Under the pieces are notes generated by a model. It searched no databases. It saw nothing but the letters and a program-made list of their open reading frames with translations, and was not told the DNA's origin. A stretch of DNA of 57,294 nucleotides from a virus (lineage: Duplodnaviria > Caudoviricetes): IMG/VR virus record IMGVR_UViG_3300017748_000009, positions 1-57,294 of that record; one strand, 5' to 3'. Below, piece after piece: positions 7,401-13,670 of this stretch. The first letter of the stretch is position 1; every line of letters starts with the position of its first letter. Both the position numbers and the translations under genes were made by a program.

Positions 7401-7558
7401 GAAAATTAGCTTTAATAGGAGGACTTAGTTTAATGACTGCCGGAAGTAGTTACATGATTTGGCATCCTCATGCACCTCAATTTGATTTAAACCCAAATAC
7501 TTTAGCGATAGCCACAGGAGGATTTTTTGTAGCAGTAGGAATTACTTATAAATTTTAA
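7397..7558 (+). CDS. 53-aa hydrophobic mini-protein ending VGITYKF
   Basis: Manual translation MRKLALIGGLSLMTAGSSYMIWHPHAPQFDLNPNTLAIATGGFFVAVGITYKF; ATGA-coupled to the groEL stop. Confidence 0.7.
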   Translation: MRKLALIGGLSLMTAGSSYMIWHPHAPQFDLNPNTLAIATGGFFVAVGITYKF

Positions 7559-7612
7559 ATGATAAAAAAAGAATGGCAATGGATGTCAGACTTTATAATT
7601 AAAAAAAAAATA

Positions 7613-7870
7613 ATGAAGCCAATAGCTAGATATATTTTAATTGAGCCAATAGAAGAAGAGATAAAAACTGAATCAGGTATTTTATTAAGTGGTGATGAAG
7701 CTCATAAAAGAAGATACCAAAAAGGTAAGGTACACTCTATAGGTCATCATGTTGAATCAATTAATGCTGATGATATAATTTATTATGACCACCGAAGTGC
7801 TCACACCTTACTGATGGAAGGAAGTAAAATTACAGTCATTCAAGAGAAGGACGTAGTAATTGTTTTATAA
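7613..7870 (+). CDS. groES: Co-chaperonin GroES (start may instead be 7559)
   Basis: MKPI..YILIEP..EEIKTESGILL...GKV.SIG...I.EKDV motifs. Confidence 0.9.
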   Translation: MKPIARYILIEPIEEEIKTESGILLSGDEAHKRRYQKGKVHSIGHHVESINADDIIYYDHRSAHTLLMEGSKITVIQEKDVVIVL

Positions 7871-8228
7871 AGTTCCTGTATAATTTATCTGTATATTTTT
7901 TATCTGAAAAAATAGTAGTGGGAATATCTTCTCCATTTAGTTTTTTATAAACAGAACTAATAACCCTTTTAGATTTAAATGAGAGTTGGTATATAGCCCT
8001 GTGCTTTCCTACTCTTTTTCTATAGACCTCTATCCAACCATTTCTTTTTAGATTTTCAAATCTGTCTTTATCCCAACTTAAGAGTTCATTAAATTCTTTA
8101 AAGTTTTCTTTAGAAAACCTACCTTCAGATTTTAAAAATAAAATCATTTCTAAATCTGAGGTTGTAAGATTATATTTTGTTTTTATAAAGTAACGAACTA
8201 CTCTCCAATATTTTAGATAGTCTTCCAT
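7836..8228 (-). CDS. Putative winged-helix (MarR-like) transcriptional regulator
   Basis: YNLTTSDLEMILFL...LKRNGWIEV...YQLS.K pattern; only minus-strand gene in the plus arm. Confidence 0.6.
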   Translation of the reverse strand: MEDYLKYWRVVRYFIKTKYNLTTSDLEMILFLKSEGRFSKENFKEFNELLSWDKDRFENLKRNGWIEVYRKRVGKHRAIYQLSFKSKRVISSVYKKLNGEDIPTTIFSDKKYTDKLYRNFIKQLLRPSLE

Positions 8229-8248
8229 ATGCTTAAAATAAATTTTAT

Positions 8249-8266
8249 TAAATTTGTACAAAGATA
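8249..8266. promoter_or_regulatory. Opposed -7 elements around palindrome TTTGTACAAA
   Basis: Plus TAAATTTG at 8249-8256; minus TATCTTTG at 8259-8266. Confidence 0.65.
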
Positions 8267-8273
8267 AGTTATT

Positions 8274-8510
8274 ATGCCTGACGACAAAAAGACTGAAGAA
8301 AGTAAACCAACTAATTTACAAAAACAATTAAATACGATTGATGAGCTAAAAGATTTGGCGATTAAAAACCTGACCGCAAAAACTTTATTATCAGGCGACT
8401 CAAATAATTCTTATAAAAGACCACCTAGCAAATTAAGAAAGGTAATAGGTCTTAAAGGTCTTAAAGGTTTTAAAGGATTTAAAAGTTCTAAAAAAAGACA
8501 AGAAGCGTAA
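8274..8510 (+). CDS. Small Lys-rich protein with KGL/KGF repeats
   Basis: GLKGLKGFKGFK, encoded by 9-bp tandem repeats. Confidence 0.7.
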   Translation: MPDDKKTEESKPTNLQKQLNTIDELKDLAIKNLTAKTLLSGDSNNSYKRPPSKLRKVIGLKGLKGFKGFKSSKKRQEA

Positions 8511-8671
8511 TGGCAAAAGGAAGAGCAAAAAAAAAAGGTAATAAAATTTGTCCGGCAGGAATATCTTGGGCTAAAAGAACATTTGACAGATACCCATCTG
8601 CTTATGCTAATATGGCAGCAAGTAAATATTGTAAAGACCCTAATTACGCTAAAGGTTCTAAAAAGAAATAA
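8510..8671 (+). CDS. Small basic protein with PSAYAN motif (53 aa)
   Basis: MAKGRAKKKGNKICPAGISWAKRTFDRYPSAYANMAASKYCKDPNYAKGSKKK; TAATG coupling. Confidence 0.8.
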   Translation: MAKGRAKKKGNKICPAGISWAKRTFDRYPSAYANMAASKYCKDPNYAKGSKKK

Positions 8672-8677
8672 ATAACT

Positions 8678-8797
8678 ATGGATGCAAAAAAATTAAAAGT
8701 AATAGCTAGTGAACTCAGGAAAGCATCTGCTATGCACAAAGGTCAAGCTGCTAAGATTGATAGAATGATAAAGTCTATGAGTAAGAAAAAGAAATGA
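8678..8797 (+). CDS. Small basic protein (39 aa)
   Basis: MDAKKLKVIASELRKASAMHKGQAAKIDRMIKSMSKKKK. Confidence 0.7.
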   Translation: MDAKKLKVIASELRKASAMHKGQAAKIDRMIKSMSKKKK

Positions 8798-8931
8798 TAG
8801 GAGTTCAAGGTGGAGATTATTATTCTCCAATGAAATATGAAGATAGAAGAATTTTAGAATTAAAACTTAAAAGTGTTTTATCGCCTATTGAAAAATTAGA
8901 ATTGCAAAAATTACAACAGAGTTATGAGTAA
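8794..8931 (+). CDS. Small hypothetical protein (45 aa)
   Basis: MIGVQGGDYYSPMKYEDRRILELKLKSVLSPIEKLELQKLQQSYE; ATGA-coupled. Confidence 0.55.
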   Translation: MIGVQGGDYYSPMKYEDRRILELKLKSVLSPIEKLELQKLQQSYE

Positions 8932-9330
8932 ATTAAGTGCGGGAAGTAAGCATAGAAAATCAAAACCAAAAGCTGTAGCTACTAATGTTAATATATCTAA
9001 TGTTGCTAAGCTCGAGCTTAGTAATAAAAATGAAAAGAGTAAAAGTAAGTTCAAACAAACAACTTATGTCACTTCTGATAATTCAGCAGCAAAGCTAAAG
9101 TTGAAGAACAAAAGTGGAGTTGGTCTTACAGGTAAAAGAGAAGTAAGTAAAAATGTTTACAAGGGTGCCATTAAAGATGATGATGGCTCTTACAAGTTGC
9201 TTAAAAACAGAAGCGTCAAAGGTAGAAATAAAAGCAAAAATAAAAATATCTCCAAGAAGCGTTACGAAAGAATCAAAAAGAGAATAAATAGAAAAGTGAA
9301 TAAGTAAAATTACAACAGAGTTATGAGTAA
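8907..9330 (+). repeat. 25-bp direct repeat AAAATTACAACAGAGTTATGAGTAA (8907-8931 and 9306-9330)
   Basis: Exact duplicate spanning the starts of two adjacent genes. Confidence 0.9.
8924..9307 (+). CDS. Highly basic Lys-rich protein
   Basis: 127-aa ORF, strongly K/R-rich. Confidence 0.75.
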   Translation: MSKLSAGSKHRKSKPKAVATNVNISNVAKLELSNKNEKSKSKFKQTTYVTSDNSAAKLKLKNKSGVGLTGKREVSKNVYKGAIKDDDGSYKLLKNRSVKGRNKSKNKNISKKRYERIKKRINRKVNK

Positions 9331-9454
9331 GCTAAAAAAAGGTAGTAAGCACAGAATGAAAAAAAAATTAACCAAAGGACAAAAGTATATTGCAAACCAA
9401 GCTGCTCCCTTTGATGAGATAGATAAAAATGATTTTAAAAAGTTAAACCAATAA
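9323..9454 (+). CDS. Small basic protein (43 aa)
   Basis: MSKLKKGSKHRMKKNLTKGQKYIANQAAPFDEIDKNDFKKLNQ. Confidence 0.7.
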   Translation: MSKLKKGSKHRMKKKLTKGQKYIANQAAPFDEIDKNDFKKLNQ

Positions 9455-9465
9455 ATTATAAAATT

Positions 9466-9627
9466 ATGCCAACAGTTAAATATAAGTGCGAAGATTCAGG
9501 AACAATGAAAACTAGAGTATTTCCTTATAATGCGGTGGGGAAAGCTCAAGCTACTGAATTTGCTAAAGTAATGGATGGCTCTATTAAGTACAACCCTAAT
9601 ATGTATTCTCCTAAAAAGGGATACTAA
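9466..9627 (+). CDS. Small protein with FPY..G..A motif (53 aa)
   Basis: MPTVKYKCEDSGTMKTRVFPYNAVGKAQATEFAKVMDGSIKYNPNMYSPKKGY; TAATG coupling. Confidence 0.7.
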   Translation: MPTVKYKCEDSGTMKTRVFPYNAVGKAQATEFAKVMDGSIKYNPNMYSPKKGY

Positions 9628-9866
9628 TGGGTGAGTTAAAAAAATGGAGAGACCAAAAATGGGTTCGTATTGGAACTGATGGTTCTATTCTTGGTGCCTG
9701 TGGCACAAGTAAGGATAAAAAGAACCCTGATAGATGTTTGCCTATTTCCAAAGCTAAATCAATGTCTAAGGCAGAAAGAGCAGCAACAGCTAAAAAGAAA
9801 AAAAAGTACGGAAGAAAAAAACAATTTGTTAGCAATACCAAGGCTGCTAGGGTTACAAATACTTAA
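9627..9866 (+). CDS. Small basic Cys-containing phage protein
   Basis: LKKW..KWV...CG...CLP..KA..MS..ER pattern common in marine phage hypotheticals. Confidence 0.8.
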   Translation: MGELKKWRDQKWVRIGTDGSILGACGTSKDKKNPDRCLPISKAKSMSKAERAATAKKKKKYGRKKQFVSNTKAARVTNT

Positions 9867-10147
9867 TGGAGGATGGATTTTTAATAGCATTATTATCGGC
9901 TTTTGGTATAAAAGAAATATGGTCAATCATTAAAAAAAAAATGGACCAAAGTGAAAGAGAGTCTGATAAACTAGATAATCTTTCATTAAAAATAATTGAA
10001 GAGCTAAAAGATAAAATAGATAGCTTAGAAATAAAAATAGAAGAGTTGATTAAAGAGAACACCGACTTAAAAATTAAAGTAGCTAAGATGGAGGAAAGAT
10101 TAATCAAAAGTGCAGCTCATAGTAAGAAAAGAAAATTTGACAGATAA
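9866..10147 (+). CDS. Membrane-anchored coiled-coil protein
   Basis: N-terminal hydrophobic segment followed by heptad repeats. Confidence 0.75.
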   Translation: MEDGFLIALLSAFGIKEIWSIIKKKMDQSERESDKLDNLSLKIIEELKDKIDSLEIKIEELIKENTDLKIKVAKMEERLIKSAAHSKKRKFDR

Positions 10148-10277
10148 AAAACATATAGAAGATTGGAAAGTAGACCAATACAATAGAAACAGGAATCACA
10201 AAGATTGGGTAACTGACTATAATGAGTTTTTATATGTTATGGATATTATAAGTAAAAGATATGGCAGAGAAATCTAA
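10137..10277 (+). CDS. Possible small hypothetical protein (46 aa, TTG start)
   Basis: Fills the gap, overlapping both neighbours: MTDKKHIEDWKVDQYNRNRNHKDWVTDYNEFLYVMDIISKRYGREI. Confidence 0.45.
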   Translation: MTDKKHIEDWKVDQYNRNRNHKDWVTDYNEFLYVMDIISKRYGREI

Positions 10278-10551
10278 AATGAAATGCAATGTTGTGGTTA
10301 AAAGCGATAGAGCAGGGAAAAAAAAGATGGTTAAAGCTTGTGAGGGTGGGAAAGAAAAACTCATCCATTTTGGAGCTACAGGATATGGACATAATTATTC
10401 AAGAGCTGCTAGGTCTTCATTTAGAGCAAGACACAAATGTAACACAGCAAAATCAAAGTTAACTGCAAGGTATTGGTCATGTAAAAAGTTATGGGCAGGT
10501 AAAGGTGGAAGTACAAAATCATCGCCAAAAAATAGACAAGGAAAATATTAG
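10261..10551 (+). CDS. Basic phage protein with HFG..GY...F.ARH.C...RYWSC..LW motif
   Basis: 96-aa K-rich ORF with a recognisable phage hypothetical motif. Confidence 0.8.
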   Translation: MAEKSKMKCNVVVKSDRAGKKKMVKACEGGKEKLIHFGATGYGHNYSRAARSSFRARHKCNTAKSKLTARYWSCKKLWAGKGGSTKSSPKNRQGKY

Positions 10552-10559
10552 TATATTTG
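10552..10559 (+). promoter_or_regulatory. -7 element TATATTTG
   Basis: Intergenic TAnnTTTG. Confidence 0.6.
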
Positions 10560-10587
10560 TAAAATAAAGTAATTTAAAATTTTAGTT

Positions 10588-10797
10588 ATGAAACAAGGAT
10601 ATAACGCAAGACTTGATGAATCTTTAGGTTCTAAGAACGGAAAAAAGTCACAGTCTTTAAAAGCCCGAAGAGATGAATCTAAGGCAATGTCAAAAAAAGA
10701 TTATGGACACGCTTATGGTGGTGACCATTCTATGGGTTATGAAGTACATTACCCAAAAGGTGTTAAAGCTCATTTGACAAGTATTATAAAAAAATAA
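10588..10797 (+). CDS. Small basic protein
   Basis: KQGYNARLDESLG...RRDESKAM. Confidence 0.75.
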   Translation: MKQGYNARLDESLGSKNGKKSQSLKARRDESKAMSKKDYGHAYGGDHSMGYEVHYPKGVKAHLTSIIKK

Positions 10798-10799
10798 CA

Positions 10800-10994
10800 A
10801 TGGCTGATAAAAAGGCACTTGGTGAAATGATTAGTAAAGGTAATCAAGGTAAGTTTACAGCTTGGGCTAAAAAAAATATGCCCGGGAAATCTGTATGCTC
10901 TGCTGCATCTACCGTTATGAAAAATAAAAGCAAGTACAAAACACCTATTGTTAAGATGGCTAACTTTGCCAAAAACTTTGGTTGTAGTAAATAA
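10800..10994 (+). CDS. Small basic protein
   Basis: GKFTAWAK...KMANFAKN. Confidence 0.75.
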   Translation: MADKKALGEMISKGNQGKFTAWAKKNMPGKSVCSAASTVMKNKSKYKTPIVKMANFAKNFGCSK

Positions 10995-10999
10995 AGGTT

Positions 11000-11140
11000 A
11001 TGGGAAAATTATTAATATGGTTAGGAACTAAAATTTCACTTTTGTGGAATAAAATATTATGTACTTGGAACTCAATATTAGTTAAGGCTACAGTTAAAGT
11101 AAATGATTGCCCTAACAAACTTTGTCAATGCAAAGATTAA
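11000..11140 (+). CDS. Small amphipathic Cys-tailed protein (46 aa)
   Basis: MGKLLIWLGTKISLLWNKILCTWNSILVKATVKVNDCPNKLCQCKD. Confidence 0.65.
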   Translation: MGKLLIWLGTKISLLWNKILCTWNSILVKATVKVNDCPNKLCQCKD

Positions 11141-11143
11141 TTT

Positions 11144-11338
11144 ATGCTTTTAAACGCTAAATATAGAAAACCATCTTCATCTCCTTCAATTGGACTTGGG
11201 GATTCTGTAGAAAAATTTACAAAGGCTACAGGAATAAAAAAAATAGTAAATAAAATAAGTGAATCTACAGGAAAACCATGTGGATGTGGAGAAAGAAAGG
11301 ATACATTAAACAGGATTTTTCCTTACAAAAAAAAATAA
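11144..11338 (+). CDS. Small protein with GLGD...TGIKK...CGC..RK..LN motif
   Basis: 64-aa ORF in the operon. Confidence 0.75.
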   Translation: MLLNAKYRKPSSSPSIGLGDSVEKFTKATGIKKIVNKISESTGKPCGCGERKDTLNRIFPYKKK

Positions 11339-11344
11339 AAAATT

Positions 11345-11872
11345 ATGGGCTATCTTAAAAATACAATTAATGCTCAGAGAGCTAGTTTAATACCATTGAA
11401 TGGAGGAAAAGCAGGAGCTTCAATTCCTGATATATCCACAAAATTAAACTTTTTATTATCTGTGGCTAGTGTTTCCGGTAATGTTCTAACTATTAAGACA
11501 CCTATTACCGGTGATGGTGCCGAATATGCCACACTTTTTGAAGCAGGTTTACAGCTAGGTATGATAGTTGTTGATACTACAACTAATGAAAGTTCTATAG
11601 TAGTTGATATAACCGATTCTACTCTAACGCTAAAAAATGGTGGTGGTAATTTTACCGGAAGTGAAGTACAAGTTTATGGTGGGTTCCAAAATGGAGCTTT
11701 AGTATATATTGGAAATGCAGGTTCTGCAGCTTCTCCTAACATTAATGTTATTACTTCAGGTGGAGATGATGTTACCTTTAAAGGGGTAAGCGCAGGTGAT
11801 GTACTACCGGTTCAGGTTACTCAAGTAATCAATGTAAGCGAGGAAATGTCTGACCTTATAGCTCTTTGGTAA
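11345..11872 (+). CDS. Putative virion structural/decoration protein
   Basis: Beta-rich, G/T/V-rich; C-terminal LYIG..G...VTFKGV.AG..LPVQV...LIALW. Confidence 0.65.
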   Translation: MGYLKNTINAQRASLIPLNGGKAGASIPDISTKLNFLLSVASVSGNVLTIKTPITGDGAEYATLFEAGLQLGMIVVDTTTNESSIVVDITDSTLTLKNGGGNFTGSEVQVYGGFQNGALVYIGNAGSAASPNINVITSGGDDVTFKGVSAGDVLPVQVTQVINVSEEMSDLIALW

Positions 11873-11940
11873 ATGGAAAATTATACTACAGACAACACTT
11901 TGGGTCTAGAAGATTTAGAGGTAACATATGAAATAAGAGA

Positions 11941-12096
11941 ATGTCTTTCGAAGATTTAAAAATATACGGAATTAACACAAGCGTAATGGCTATTACGTTT
12001 ACCCAAATAGAAATGGCATTGAAAATCATTTTGTTAGTTGCCACTATAATATATACAGTCCAAAGAATATATAACGATTCCAAAAAAAATAAGTAG
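11941..12096 (+). CDS. Small membrane protein, holin-like (51 aa)
   Basis: MSFEDLKIYGINTSVMAITFTQIEMALKIILLVATIIYTVQRIYNDSKKNK; hydrophobic with a basic tail, near the amidase. Confidence 0.7.
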   Translation: MSFEDLKIYGINTSVMAITFTQIEMALKIILLVATIIYTVQRIYNDSKKNK

Positions 12097-12221
12097 TGGC
12101 GCAGACAATTGGTTCAGCATATCAAAAGTCACCCACAAAAAAAAGACCCGGAGTGCATTCTAAAAATGCAAGTAAAGGGCAGACCGGCTATAAATCTAAA
12201 TATAGGGGTCAAGGAAGATGA
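12096..12221 (+). CDS. Basic peptide ending KYRGQGR (41 aa, GTG start)
   Basis: MAQTIGSAYQKSPTKKRPGVHSKNASKGQTGYKSKYRGQGR; stop overlaps the SET gene ATG. Confidence 0.7.
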   Translation: MAQTIGSAYQKSPTKKRPGVHSKNASKGQTGYKSKYRGQGR

Positions 12222-12610
12222 ATCAAAAGCATACAGGATACACAAATATGTTATCTGACCTGAATTGTAGTGAAGAGAAAATGCAAGAGGTCACAAATAT
12301 GTTAGAGGTAGTAAGCCTCTACAATCCTTATGTAGAAAGAAAAAACTCTAACATTCATGGTTATGGAATGTTTGCCAATAAATTAATTAAAAAAAATACT
12401 ATAATAGGATTAGGAACAATTAATGGTATATTTAAAACATATATTGGTAGATACACCAATCACTCTTCTAATCCAAATATAGAGTTTAAGTTTTTAAATA
12501 ATGAAGACGCAATAGCGTTAGCATTAAAAGATATACAAAAAAATAAAGAAATTTTGGTTGATTATAAAAACCATATATTAAATCGTAGATACTATGAGAG
12601 AAATAAATAA
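12218..12610 (+). CDS. SET-domain protein-lysine methyltransferase
   Basis: S.IHGYGMFA (GxG), GRYTNHS..PN (RxxNHS) and KDI...EILVDY (ELxxDY) motifs. Confidence 0.88.
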   Translation: MNQKHTGYTNMLSDLNCSEEKMQEVTNMLEVVSLYNPYVERKNSNIHGYGMFANKLIKKNTIIGLGTINGIFKTYIGRYTNHSSNPNIEFKFLNNEDAIALALKDIQKNKEILVDYKNHILNRRYYERNK

Positions 12611-13007
12611 AATAATATTGCATTGCTCTGCAACAAGAGAGGGCGATGATTCAATAGATACAGAAGTTATTGATAAGTGGCACAAGGCTAGAGGATGGTC
12701 AGGATGTGGTTATCATTTTGTAGTTCTTATAGATGGAACTATAGAGTTTGGTAGAATGGTTGATAAAATTGGGGCTCACACTAAGAATTTCAATAAAAGT
12801 TCAATCGGGATTTGTTATGTGGGAGGAGTAGAAAAGGATGGTAAAACACCAAAGGACACAAGAACACCGGAACAAGTTGTCTCTCTTTTAGTTATTTTAA
12901 GGTTTTTGAAAAAATCTTTCCCTGATGCTTCTATACACGGTCATAATGAGTTTTCAAACAAAGCCTGTCCGAGTTTCGATGTAAATCTAGAATATGGAAA
13001 CTTATGA
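12594..13007 (+). CDS. Endolysin, N-acetylmuramoyl-L-alanine amidase (T7-lysozyme-like)
   Basis: IILHCSAT, GYHFV, GAH..N..SIGICY.GG and GH.E...KACPSF motifs. Confidence 0.95.
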   Translation: MREINKIILHCSATREGDDSIDTEVIDKWHKARGWSGCGYHFVVLIDGTIEFGRMVDKIGAHTKNFNKSSIGICYVGGVEKDGKTPKDTRTPEQVVSLLVILRFLKKSFPDASIHGHNEFSNKACPSFDVNLEYGNL

Positions 13008-13405
13008 AAGAATTTTTAGCTAAAATATTTGGCGGTGCTGCAACCAATGTGGCTGAAGGACTATCAGGAATAGTAGATAAATTTGTGCAAACAAAAGAAG
13101 AGAAGGATGCTTTTGAAAAAGAGATGACTCAACTCTTTATGAAGCATGAAGCTGATATGGAAAAAAACATTACTGACCGTTGGGTTTCAGATAACTCAGC
13201 ATCTCAATTAACTAAAAATATTCGTCCTTTAGTTTTATTGTTTCTTGTAGTCTCTACTGTGGTTATGATATTCATTGACGCAGGTACGATTACATTTGAA
13301 GTAGAAGATAAATGGACAGACCTTTTGCAGCTTACTTTAATAACCGTGATTTCTGCATATTTTGGAGGTAGGTCATTTGAAAAGATTAATAAAAATAAAA
13401 AATAG
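13004..13405 (+). CDS. Holin (GTA 3TM-holin-like)
   Basis: RW.SD...KNIRP, two TM segments, AYFGGRS.EK; follows the endolysin. Confidence 0.8.
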   Translation: MKEFLAKIFGGAATNVAEGLSGIVDKFVQTKEEKDAFEKEMTQLFMKHEADMEKNITDRWVSDNSASQLTKNIRPLVLLFLVVSTVVMIFIDAGTITFEVEDKWTDLLQLTLITVISAYFGGRSFEKINKNKK

Positions 13406-13413
13406 TATCTTTG
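13406..13413 (+). promoter_or_regulatory. -7 element TATCTTTG
   Basis: Intergenic TAnnTTTG. Confidence 0.6.
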
Positions 13414-13435
13414 TATATAATTTAAATTTAATAAA

Positions 13436-13669
13436 ATGAGTGAGCAAGTAAAATTAAACGAAGAAGAATTAAAAAACCTAAGAGAAGCAACTGATTCTCT
13501 AAATAGATTAAAACTAGAATTAGGAAATCTAGAGGTTCAAAAGTTAGAGTATTATGGTAAAATAAACCATCTAACACAAACATTTAATAAGCTCGAAGAA
13601 GAGCTTATAGAAAAATACGGCAAAGAGTCTGTTATAAACATACAGACAGGCGAAGTAAAAAAGAAATAA
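13436..13669 (+). CDS. Small coiled-coil protein
   Basis: Ends LIEKYG...INIQTGEV. Confidence 0.75.
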   Translation: MSEQVKLNEEELKNLREATDSLNRLKLELGNLEVQKLEYYGKINHLTQTFNKLEEELIEKYGKESVINIQTGEVKKK

Positions 13670-13670
13670 T

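Noticed and set aside
12096-12221. True homology of the YRGQGR peptide to histones H3/H4 (YQKS, KK.PG, QGR)
   Set aside because: Matches are only 3-4 residues in low-complexity sequence; only compositional similarity is claimed.
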